From: Porphyridium purpureum
Lineage: Eukaryota
Assembly: GCA_008690995.1 (NCBI GenBank)
Contig: VRMN01000015.1
Span: 248,001-312,000 of the forward strand
Length of the DNA stretch: 64,000 nt
Direction of reading: 5' to 3'
Below, piece after piece: positions 32,854 through 42,666 of this stretch (its first letter is position 1; every line of letters begins with the position of its first letter). The position numbers were made by a program, and so were the translations under genes. The notes under the pieces are model-generated. The model made no database searches. It was not told the DNA's origin and saw only the letters and a program-made list of their open reading frames with translations.

Positions 32854-35800
32854 ATGGCCACGCATGAGGGGGTGGAGAGCGCGTTGGTGTCGAGGGAGCA
32901 CCTGCGCCGGAGCGTGCCGCGGCGCTCCGTGTTGGAGATGCTGGGCGGCGACGCCGAGGACGAGGAGGATGGGGAGGACGAGGAGATGGAGGAGATGGAG
33001 CATGACCCGCTGGAGCTGGGGGACGAGCTCGTGCCCGCCGCGCACACGGGCGTGCATGTAGATGTGAATGGCGAGCAGCAGCATGTTGTCGATATGCATG
33101 CTGCGGCCGCCACGGACAGCGCGTCCGTGCCGGCATCCACAACACCGCGTAGTAGCTGCACGGACAACGTTGATTCTGCACCAGTCGCCGCGCCCGCGGC
33201 GCCCTTAAAGTCCTTGCCCTCTTTAATCTACGTGCGTTGGGACGGCGAGGAGTGGTGGGAGGCGCAGCCAAAGAGGAAAAAGACGCGCACAACCGAACGG
33301 GGCGTAGAGTATCAACTGGTTTACCAAGTGAACGACGTCACGACAAAGGAAGAAGCGTACTGGCGCGATGGTAAATTAGTTTCGCATGATAACGTCGATA
33401 TAATGTTTACGACCTCGCCGCCGCCGAACGTAAAGGTGGACAACCTCGGACACCTTGCCCGCGTTCACGCGGCGGCTCAAGCGGCATCCCAAGCGGCAGC
33501 CTCCGCGCAAGGGGCCACGTCGCCGCGCGCAGTCGACCTGAGCAGCGTCGAGCACGCGGACGCGGAGGACCAATCCACGCTCGCCTTTGCTGCAGTGCGC
33601 CCGGCGATGGCGCGCTCGTCATCCTCCAAAGAGCGCGCCAAGTCGAGCGACGGTGCCATTGGCGCTGCCGGTGCGGCGGCGGCGGTGGCAGTTTCGTCGT
33701 CACCAGCAGCGGTCAAGCGTAAGGATTCTGTAAGCAGCGCCAAGTCGAAGTCCCCGAAGGCGGCTACAAAGCACGCGGCGAGCCCAGTCGAGCGGCAGAA
33801 GATGGCGCTCGCAGAGGCAGCGGCTCTTGAACGGTATAAGAAGGAGCTGGACAACGCGAAGGAAGCGCAGCAGCAGCAGAAGGAGGATGCGAACCGTCCT
33901 CTTCGCGACAAGATGATCGGCCGGCTGCGGGATGTCCTAGAAAGCCCGACGATGGCGGAAGAAGCGTGCCTCGAGCTGGCGACGCAGATCGAGGCGCGGC
34001 TGTACGATAAGAGTGGAAAGGCCATTTCGGAAGACTATAAGGATGACGGGAGGAAGTTGGTGTTCAATCTCAACAAGGCTCGCAATCCGGAGCTCCGTGA
34101 CGCCGTGCTGGCCGGTGATGTACTGCCCGAGCAACTGGTTCAAATGTCGTCTGACGAGCTCGCAAGCAAGCAGTTGCGCGAGGAGCGAGAGCGCTACCGG
34201 AAGTCTGCGCTTCAACAAGTCGTTATTAAAGATCCGACTGCGGTAGGACTTGTGAAGGGTCGTGCCCAAGGCCAGATCGATGAAATGGCCCTGAAAGACT
34301 CGCAAGGAAGCGAGCTCCTTGAGGGCTCGGAAGGCGCCAATGATGAAGACGCCGGTGACGAGACGGTTGCAGGCATCGTCGGTAACTCGGCCGGTGGAAT
34401 GGCCACCACTGCTGCGGACGCTGGGACGCCGCCTTACACTCATCACGGCGCCGAGTATAGGCGCGATGACTCGAATAGTCCCTCACCCAGCGATCGCGAA
34501 CCGCACGCACAAATTTCGTCGCCGGCTGGAAAATCAGCAAGCGCGACTGGTGCCGGTTCTAGCCTTTTGAAAGAGGACAAAAGGGAAGCATTGGTCAACC
34601 ACTTGGCGAGCGCCGCGCCCGACCGGACACCTGTGCCCCCGAGCGCGGCCACTGGTCACGAGTTTGTTAAAATGGACAAGCCGCTTCCGAATGTGACGCC
34701 GAACCCTTCGTCTTCTAAAGTCCACATGCTGAAATCAATCCCGCTTCTTCCCGACGCGCCTGACGACAGTCAAGCAGATGGCGCCTTTGTACCGACGCTG
34801 TTAGGAGGCGGCGGGAGTGACGACGAGCGAGATGATGATGAAGACGATGATCATAATAGACATAAGAAAGAAGAAGCAACAAGAAAGAAAGGTTTGCACG
34901 CGCGTGATGAGCGAGGAACAAAGCGCCCGCTCAGCCATGAGGATGGCGTGGACGCAAGCGATTCGCTTTCGAAGCGGACCGCAAGTATCGGCAACGCCAA
35001 GCGGTCTGCGTGGTCGGGCGTCGTCGAGGTTCCAGAGCTGAACAATCTAAAACTTTCGGCCAACTTTTTTCACCTTCGTGGTCCAGAGTCGGCGGTTGAA
35101 GTGATTCCATCTAGCTTCATCGTGCTCGGGCGTATCCCGCTTAAGGATCTGTCTGCCTTTTTCACAAAGATGGAGCACTCCAGTTCTCGTGTGATGAGCG
35201 CTCTTTACGTAAACCCTAGTGGACCAGACGAACAAGCCAGGTACACAGAGCTGTGCAGTATGCTCAAAGAGAGACAGCGCGGGCTGATCTTTTTACGTGA
35301 GGATGGGTATGAAGCATACTTGATTCCTCCAGGTTCAGCGGCAGCTCGTGTTCATGAAAAGGGCGCCGAACGGATGCTGTGTATCCTGGTCATTCGGCGA
35401 GACTTCCTGGACGCCATGAATGCAAGCGCCGCTGCTGTGGCGCAAGCGACAGCACCTCGTGCCCCTCCAGCAGCGGTCGCGGGATCGGGCTCTATTCTCG
35501 AAACAGTGCGCGAGAAACGAGCTCGCATGCAGGCAGCGAATATCGGAGGAGAAGCGCAGCAACAGCAAAGCCGTACTGCGAATGTGAAACCAGGCACTTT
35601 AGCTGCACCGCCGCCACCCCCACCAGCTAGGGCGGAGGCACCGTTTGCGCTGCCATCTTACGCAGCACCGCCGCCTCCGCCCCCGGCGGCGTCAGTTCTC
35701 GCGTATGAAGGTCCAAACATGTTCAATTTCCCTTCTGCAGCTGCGGGCGTTCCGCAAGGCCCGGCACATATTCCCGCGCAGGTGCCCATGCCTTTTGTAT

Positions 35801-35988
35801 TTGACCCAGGCATGTACTCTGTCACCGCAGACGTTTCGCATCCGTCACACGGTCCGCCACAGAAGCCGCCTGCTGCGTCAGCAAGCTTGGAAGGGTACGA
35901 CCCGGCAGCTCTGTCGCACTTGTACTCTGCATATGCAGTGAGCGACCAGCACTCGAATGCAGCCTCCCGCAGAAGGCGGTACCACTGA
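32854..35988 (+). CDS. TFIIS central domain + SPOC domain protein (PHF3/DIDO/Bye1-like transcription elongation regulator)
   Basis: TFIIS-M: LATQIEARLY...YKDDGRKLVFNLNKARNPELRDAVLAGDVLPEQLVQMSSDELAS. SPOC: WSGVV..., IVLGRIP, YTELCSMLKERQRG, EAYLIPP. Confidence 0.88.
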   Translation: MATHEGVESALVSREHLRRSVPRRSVLEMLGGDAEDEEDGEDEEMEEMEHDPLELGDELVPAAHTGVHVDVNGEQQHVVDMHAAAATDSASVPASTTPRSSCTDNVDSAPVAAPAAPLKSLPSLIYVRWDGEEWWEAQPKRKKTRTTERGVEYQLVYQVNDVTTKEEAYWRDGKLVSHDNVDIMFTTSPPPNVKVDNLGHLARVHAAAQAASQAAASAQGATSPRAVDLSSVEHADAEDQSTLAFAAVRPAMARSSSSKERAKSSDGAIGAAGAAAAVAVSSSPAAVKRKDSVSSAKSKSPKAATKHAASPVERQKMALAEAAALERYKKELDNAKEAQQQQKEDANRPLRDKMIGRLRDVLESPTMAEEACLELATQIEARLYDKSGKAISEDYKDDGRKLVFNLNKARNPELRDAVLAGDVLPEQLVQMSSDELASKQLREERERYRKSALQQVVIKDPTAVGLVKGRAQGQIDEMALKDSQGSELLEGSEGANDEDAGDETVAGIVGNSAGGMATTAADAGTPPYTHHGAEYRRDDSNSPSPSDREPHAQISSPAGKSASATGAGSSLLKEDKREALVNHLASAAPDRTPVPPSAATGHEFVKMDKPLPNVTPNPSSSKVHMLKSIPLLPDAPDDSQADGAFVPTLLGGGGSDDERDDDEDDDHNRHKKEEATRKKGLHARDERGTKRPLSHEDGVDASDSLSKRTASIGNAKRSAWSGVVEVPELNNLKLSANFFHLRGPESAVEVIPSSFIVLGRIPLKDLSAFFTKMEHSSSRVMSALYVNPSGPDEQARYTELCSMLKERQRGLIFLREDGYEAYLIPPGSAAARVHEKGAERMLCILVIRRDFLDAMNASAAAVAQATAPRAPPAAVAGSGSILETVREKRARMQAANIGGEAQQQQSRTANVKPGTLAAPPPPPPARAEAPFALPSYAAPPPPPPAASVLAYEGPNMFNFPSAAAGVPQGPAHIPAQVPMPFVFDPGMYSVTADVSHPSHGPPQKPPAASASLEGYDPAALSHLYSAYAVSDQHSNAASRRRRYH

Positions 35989-36616
35989 GTGAAAGTCGCG
36001 TTGGCGTTGGTGTCGTGGACGTCAGCGACACAAGATGAATCGAATCGAATGTATCTGATGCACCGGACCATCGTGGAAGGTCGTGTTCAGTGTATTGAAA
36101 CTGAGACGTAATCCTCTTGGACATCCAAACTGCGCAAACTTTTTCCCCTTCGCGCTCTTTTTCCAATATGTACAGAAAAGAAATGTGTGAGAGCGGACAG
36201 AAACTCTCCATTCCTTGTTTCTCTTTCTTGCTCCGCCAGGCGCGTTTGGAAACGGTCGGATCAATGCGGGACTCTGTAAGAAACGGCTGTCCCACGGCTA
36301 TCCACTTTAACCCAGGCGGGAAGACCAGGCGCCGCAGCGACATGACTGTCCTGAGCGCTCCATGAATTTTTGTTTCCAAAGATATCGCACGGAAACTTTT
36401 CTGCAGCAAAGGTAGTGTAATGACGAGTGGCGCCACTCGAGGGGCATGCTGTGATTGCCTCTCGGAGGAAGCGGCGGTGCCTGCGTCGACTTGCGAATTT
36501 TTCTTGACGAGTATGTGTTTGTTTCGGTATTGTCTTTTCGTTTCAGCTAGAAATGGATGACAATGCCTTTTTCTTTTTTTTTCTTTCTTTCATAAATAGT
36601 CGCCTCATTAAATTGA

Positions 36617-37867
36617 TCACATTTGCTGGCATCCGAACGGACGCATGCGTCTGGTATTTGTTTTGCGCGCGCGAGTAATGACAATCTCCCGCTTTGATTT
36701 TCGCAACTCTTCTTGCGAGTCGCGGTGATGTGATCTCGCATTCTCGTCCGCTATCTCCTGGCCAAAAACTGGGTCGAGCGCTTTTTGCACGTACGTGTGC
36801 GGCAAGTGCCCTTCCTGCTTGAGATTTCCGTACTCGTAGTCAAACTCATCCAGACGCAGATGGCGAAACGATACGGGCAGCGCGCACAGCTCGGGATTTC
36901 GTACCAAGCTCAATTTCTTCAGGTTTGTGAGCGTGCCAAAGTCGTCTGGCAGCCGAACCAACTGGTTCGAGTCCAGGTAAAGCTCAGCCAGGTTCGGAAA
37001 GCTGCTTGCAAACCAATCTGGAAGGGATTGCAGCGCATTGTGGCTCAGGTCGAGGCGCTTCAACTCGGAGCAGTTCCGCAGGCATCCTGGAAGTTCGGAT
37101 AACTTGTTCCAGCTCAGATTCAGCACAACCATCTTTGGAAAAGAGGCGGAATCTGGCATATCAAGCAGATTGCAGTGCGCGAGGGCGAGCCGCTCAAGCC
37201 TTCCGCAGCTACAGACCGCACTCGGAAGCTGCTCAAGCGGGTTTGCGACGACAGAGAGCTCGACAAGCGAGCTTGCTGGCAGGCCCGGGACGTGCCGTAA
37301 CTGATTGCGGTCCAGTACGAGCTTTTCGAGCGATTTGAGCTTCTCGAGCTCTTGTGGAATGTGCCGCAAAAAATTCCCACTTAAATCCAAGAATCGTAAC
37401 TCTGGCAACCGCTCAGCGAGATCGGCCGGCAAACTTTGGATCCGATTCTCTCGCAACGAAAGCACCCACAGTTCTCGAAATATGCTGCGGACGCCCAACT
37501 CGGCAGGTATTTGTTCGAAGCAGTTATTGTCGAGGATCAGTGCGGCAAGTGTGCTTGACGTGCCGAATAGCCGCACCACCGTGCCCGGCAAACTGCTCAG
37601 CTCATTCTCACTTAGGACGAGCTCTTCCACTTCGTCCGCGCCTGCCTCTGAAAGCTGTCGATAATCGCGGCGCTTGCGCTCGTCCTCCATAGCGATGAGC
37701 TTGGCGTCCACCTGCCTACAGGCGGCCTCACTTGCACCGTTTGTTCGCTTGGAACCTTCAGGTATCGACACGACTCTTGTGAGGTCGAGCACCACGACAT
37801 CCTCATTCGGTGTCTGCGGGCCTTCCGTCACTTCCAACGGCGCACTCTCCGCCCCGTGGCGCGCCAT
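36617..37867 (-). CDS. Leucine-rich repeat protein (intracellular SHOC2/PIRL-like)
   Basis: About 11 LxxLxLxxNxLxxLP repeats (e.g. LRFLDLSGNFLRHIP, LKRLDLSHNALQSLP). Confidence 0.92.
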   Translation of the reverse strand: MARHGAESAPLEVTEGPQTPNEDVVVLDLTRVVSIPEGSKRTNGASEAACRQVDAKLIAMEDERKRRDYRQLSEAGADEVEELVLSENELSSLPGTVVRLFGTSSTLAALILDNNCFEQIPAELGVRSIFRELWVLSLRENRIQSLPADLAERLPELRFLDLSGNFLRHIPQELEKLKSLEKLVLDRNQLRHVPGLPASSLVELSVVANPLEQLPSAVCSCGRLERLALAHCNLLDMPDSASFPKMVVLNLSWNKLSELPGCLRNCSELKRLDLSHNALQSLPDWFASSFPNLAELYLDSNQLVRLPDDFGTLTNLKKLSLVRNPELCALPVSFRHLRLDEFDYEYGNLKQEGHLPHTYVQKALDPVFGQEIADENARSHHRDSQEELRKSKREIVITRARKTNTRRMRPFGCQQM

Positions 37868-38847
37868 CTAGTGCTTGCCCGTTTGGCAGAACCGTCGCGC
37901 TGAAAACGACGGCTGCTGTTGGACAACGCGCCGCCACCCAATTTCGGACGGAATCGACAAACCGCGTGTGCGAGTGTGTCATGTACCGCGAGGTCACAAC
38001 GTGAGGCTGAGGGCCTCGTCAGGTAGGCTTTGCGGACCGCGGCCGACCTGCTGAAGCCTCCCGAGCTTCAGAGCGGGATATTCGCGTGTAGGTGTATACG
38101 TACTTTCTTGCTCTGTTCTATTTCGTCGATACGTTTCATGCGAGTTCGGGTGCACAAGCACAAACAATTCTCGAGAAGCTGCGCAACAAGGCGCCACTGA
38201 GCAAGCGGACTGAGGCGGTTAACAAGCCGACGAGTCGGCGTTCTTCTCCATGTCGTTCAAGTTTATTTTCAGTTTTTAATGAAGGTAAAAACATCCAGAC
38301 TTGTGCTTCCGCTTCGCTTGCTGAAGACCGCCTGAGACTGTCAAACCTGGGCTCCATGCGTTGCTGGCGTCCGTCTTTCGGTTGATTCACAAGCGTCGTT
38401 AAACCAGCATGGTGTGAGTCTTAGGTGGACTTGCCGAGACTTCGCATGACGATTCCAACCACAACCAGACTCATCAAATTTCGGCGCGTGAAAGGCACAC
38501 AAAAGGTCCTTTCACGCTCGCGCCCGGACGCGACCACCAGGTCCAGACCCCCGTCGTCTCCATCGGCGATGCGTGCTCTCTACGTGCTACGTCGAGTCAA
38601 CGGACTTGTGGATACACGAGACAGACGCGAGAAAGCGGAAAAGACAAAGGTCTTGCGATTCAAGTGTCCTTCGCAGACACAGCCAGTTACACAGCCACAG
38701 GCGTCAGAGGCTGCTGTCGTCAATTTGTTGGCTCGACTTCCCAGCGATCAAACGGAAACTCGATCAGCGCCAGAATGAGCATGGCCCGAGTTTGCAGCAC
38801 TGTCAGAAGCACTCACTGAACAGATGACGAAAAACATGCGCTGTTTG

Positions 38848-40020
38848 CTAGTCCGGAGGGGGAATGCGATGACCAAATACGAGCAGAGGAAAGTGCAAGG
38901 ACGCAAATCCACCTGCGCCTCCGTCCGCGAGATCTTCAAACTCCTCTATGCTGCGCACTGCTTGGTCGCACTGAGGGGAAGAATCTAGCTTTGTAACATT
39001 GTTCTCGGTGATCCTGGCCCCCTTGACGCGGGACCGGAGCCGGTCGACACAGCACACACTGCAATTTCTCAGATTAATAGTGTGGAGAGGCATGTGGCCA
39101 AGGCTCATGGCGCAGAACACCGCGGATGCGGCGGTGGCCTTGTCATCGCCGCCCATGGAGATTTCCTGCACGTCACGTACGGAGCGCAAAATGACGCGCA
39201 GGTCGCTGCGGTCGATCGCGCGCTCATCCGCACCAGCCCGCCAGATGCTGTGGTCATCGTGGTCCACCGAGGCGGTCTTCATGTTGGAGAGACACAGCCG
39301 CTTGACGCCGTCACGCTGGAGGCAAAACGTACGATGTCGCTCGAGCTCGTACAGGAAGTAAAAGTCGCGCCGAGTGGGCTGATCAAAGCATATCCCATCT
39401 GCCATGGCGAAGGAGTGCATAATCTGCGGGTCACAGTCGCATAAGTGCGGATGCGAGCCGTAGCTCGCCTCAAGGCGTATCATGTGGCACGACCGCCGCA
39501 GCAGCTCGCAATGCTGGAACTGACGCACGAAGCTCGGGATCTGAAAAAGCGGCACATTCAAGTGGATACTCATCGAGCGGAATGCGCTCCACGCGTTCTT
39601 GCACGTGCGCGCTAGACTGACCATCGAGCGCCACGTGGTATAGTTGAGCCGCATCGTGTGCGAGGCGACCACCATACACATGTCCCTTGGCTTTGGTGCG
39701 CCCTGGTCATCCTTGCAGGTGGCCAAAGTCTCTTCGGTCATGCCAAAGCCGCGCTTGAACACCTGCAGAATCACTGCCTCGGGCAGCAGGTCGAGCCTGA
39801 AAATCCGGTTCAGAAGGCGCTGCGACCTTCGCCTGGACGTGGACTGTGGCTGACTGGTGTGCACCTGCACCTGGAGCTCTTTGCCGTCTGCCCGCTCGGA
39901 TGCCTTGCGCTTGACGCCGCTCGCCGTTGAAGACGCTTCTGCCACGCCCAGACAACCCGCGGCATCGGCGGGCAGATGCTTGCCAGCACCGTGCACCGCC
40001 GACCTTCTCTGTCGCGGCAT
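38848..40020 (-). CDS. F-box-like hypothetical protein, possibly with a degenerate 3' end
   Basis: RLDLLPEAVILQVF resembles an F-box start, followed by SLARTCKNAW and LRR-like segments. First ATG is 40020. Confidence 0.55.
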   Translation of the reverse strand: MPRQRRSAVHGAGKHLPADAAGCLGVAEASSTASGVKRKASERADGKELQVQVHTSQPQSTSRRRSQRLLNRIFRLDLLPEAVILQVFKRGFGMTEETLATCKDDQGAPKPRDMCMVVASHTMRLNYTTWRSMVSLARTCKNAWSAFRSMSIHLNVPLFQIPSFVRQFQHCELLRRSCHMIRLEASYGSHPHLCDCDPQIMHSFAMADGICFDQPTRRDFYFLYELERHRTFCLQRDGVKRLCLSNMKTASVDHDDHSIWRAGADERAIDRSDLRVILRSVRDVQEISMGGDDKATAASAVFCAMSLGHMPLHTINLRNCSVCCVDRLRSRVKGARITENNVTKLDSSPQCDQAVRSIEEFEDLADGGAGGFASLHFPLLVFGHRIPPPD

Positions 40021-41613
40021 ATTCCCTCTCCCTCTGTACAACCGTATCTCCCAGCCTCCGCGTACGGTTTGCCGCCGCCACCTTCTCCTGCCGGCCCCTC
40101 GCAACGTCCCCACCGCGTGTTTTCGCCGCTGCGAACCCGCGCGCGTGTGGTCACCACGCTCTCAACCCGACTTTGACACGCCCGTTGTTGCGCGCACAAC
40201 CGCTGATCCCGGCGCAGCGTTCAGGGAACTCCAGGGCAGCAGACTGCTGTGCATATGCATGCGGAGCGCGCGTGGCGCACGCGCTCACCTGCAGGCAACG
40301 CCGTCTATACCAAAGCCCAACCTAAAGCCCAGTCACAGTGCCACACATCCACGACTCACACACACACACACCCCTGTCTCCTTCGCTTTCTCATTGAAAC
40401 ACAAAATCTTATTGCGCCACGCCTTGGCACGAGCCTCTGCGCGGTTTCATAGTAAAACACCGCCATTTTGGCAGATGGCCACACATGCCGCATAGTTTAA
40501 CGATAATAAAGTATATTAATTAAGTTTTGAAATAACGTTAATTATCTGGCATGCCGTTTTGGCGGAGGGACGTGTGGGCCTTGTTGGTGGGGGGGGTTTG
40601 TTTGCGTGATGGCATGGAGCATGTGGCAGGCATGAAGCGCGGCGCGCGTGCGGGACCGTGAGATGCGTCGTCGAGCTGTGTACTGACGCGGCTTCTTCGA
40701 GTAGACACGGCGGTGGTCTCAGATGTGATGCTCGCGGAGGCAGGAGATATGGGCATCGTAGGTACTGCCGCGAAACGTGCGGTGGCCGATACTGGCGCGG
40801 CGTTTCGCATGCAACAGACTGCGCGTCGTGCGTGAGTTCCGCGTGCTTCGGACGTGCTTGACGCGCAAGCACGCAGCCGTACAAGCGGCGTGTGCGCGCG
40901 TGGGATGTGCGAAGGCCCGACAAGCTACCGATCACCGCCGCCACCGCCGCCACCGCGTTCCTGTCTCGCGGTGTGAACGTGCGTGCCCGTGTCTCACACA
41001 CCACCGTCAGGCGCCAACACGTACAGTCCGTACACTGTACCGCGCCGCTGTAAATCGTGCCCCCCCCCCCCCTTTGACACTTACACTCTCGGAAAACCCT
41101 AATCCGCATGGTCTAAAAATAGCCGCGCGTCATGGTCGGATCGAGTGCGCATGACACCAACCGACCCGCCGAAACGCACGTGTGAGCGTGTCAGCCGCGG
41201 TGGTAACACGCCAGCAGCAGCAGCACAAGTGCCTCGTGCCTTTAAGTGGCGAGTAGATTCGAGGCAATGACCGTGACTGTACCTCTGTCGTGATGACCGC
41301 GGCGGTGGTTGCGGTTACTGTTTCTGCTGGCGTGTGCATTTTACTGCGAGGACCGCGCGCTGCGTGTTCGTTTTGTGGAAGCTGGCCTACTCCACTCCTC
41401 ACCCACGCAGCACCTGCCAGCAAACCACCACTACCCCCACTTCCACCGCACGGTCACGCTCGGCTGATACGAATAAAACACCCTCGTTTCACTGGACACA
41501 GTAACCGACGCCGCCCATATCTTTTTTATCCCCCACCCCCCGTTTTTCAAATAAACCGGCTCATCCACACGAGAAGATGATTTTATTCGGTGTGGAACGT
41601 TTGTCCATTTGGC

Positions 41614-41667
41614 GTGTGTGTGTGTGTGTGTGTCTCTGTGTGTATGTGTCCATGTGTGTGTGTGTGT
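41614..41667. repeat. (GT)n microsatellite, interrupted
   Basis: Direct inspection. Confidence 0.9.
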
Positions 41668-42666
41668 CGGTTTGCACGTGTCCTTGGTTCATTTTCCCTT
41701 TTCCACATTGGGTCAATTTGTATATGGTGGTTGTCGTAGGGTGCGTGTACGTTCGGATAGTAAAATCGTCGCGTCTAGATAGGATCCGATCATGAGTGAA
41801 TGTAATGCTATGGAAGCGGGGGTGTTTTAGTAAGAACAATATCAGCACTAATCGTCGTAGTAGTAGATTGCACGGTGTGGAGCAATAGGATTGGGGGATC
41901 ATGGCGGGTTTGATAGTAATGCGTGGTGGATTAGTATGAAGAACACGCATACACGGAGGCTGGCGCGTGATGTGCGTGATGCGCGTGTCTCTTTTTTTGG
42001 GGGGTGCTTGTTCGTCTGTTTGTTTGTTCATTGTTTGCGCAGTTTTGGGTGCGGCGAAGTGTGCTGGGCGCGCAGAGGAGAAACGGGGCGGGTGGCGCGT
42101 GTCATAGAAAAAGGACACGATGGAAGGGAGACAGATGAGCGGGGCGTGTGTGTGGTGAGGGGGGAAGAGGAAGGTCGGCGGCGTGGTGTGAAGGGCGCCG
42201 CGGGTGGAGAGGGGAAGCGGGGAGGGGGGAGAGGAGAGAGACATACACACGCACACGCGCGGGTCGTGCTTGGTTGCGCGCGCGCAGGCGAAGTGGGGGG
42301 GAGGTTTGGAACGGGGGACGGAGAGAGAGTGGAAGCCGCGATTCGCGATAAGATTGGCAAGGCGGCACGCGATTCGGGGCGGTGACGCGTTGTGCTTGAA
42401 GGAGGGAGACGGTCGAGTTGGCGTGCGGTCGTGCATCAGGTTTTTTTTGGGCGTTCGTGAAAGGCGACGTGGTTGGGCGAGAGCCGACGGGGGGATTGCG
42501 TGACGCTCGACTGGCAGGGAAGAATACAAAAGCGGGGACCTGGGCTCGGGGGTTGCGCGCGTGGCGTGCCGCATGAAAACACAGGAAGCGGTCTCAGGTG
42601 CTGGACGTGTTGATGCTGAGAGGGAGTGCTGCTGAGAGGAGGCTTTGATCAAGAAGGGGGGCAAGG

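Noticed and set aside
36440..36520. snRNA (Sm-site-like AATTTTT after possible hairpins)
   Set aside because: None of the diagnostic U1/U2/U4/U5 motifs could be found.
41561..42664. 367-aa minus-strand ORF
   Set aside because: Low-complexity Pro/His/Thr translation of G-rich and GT-repeat DNA, with no motifs.
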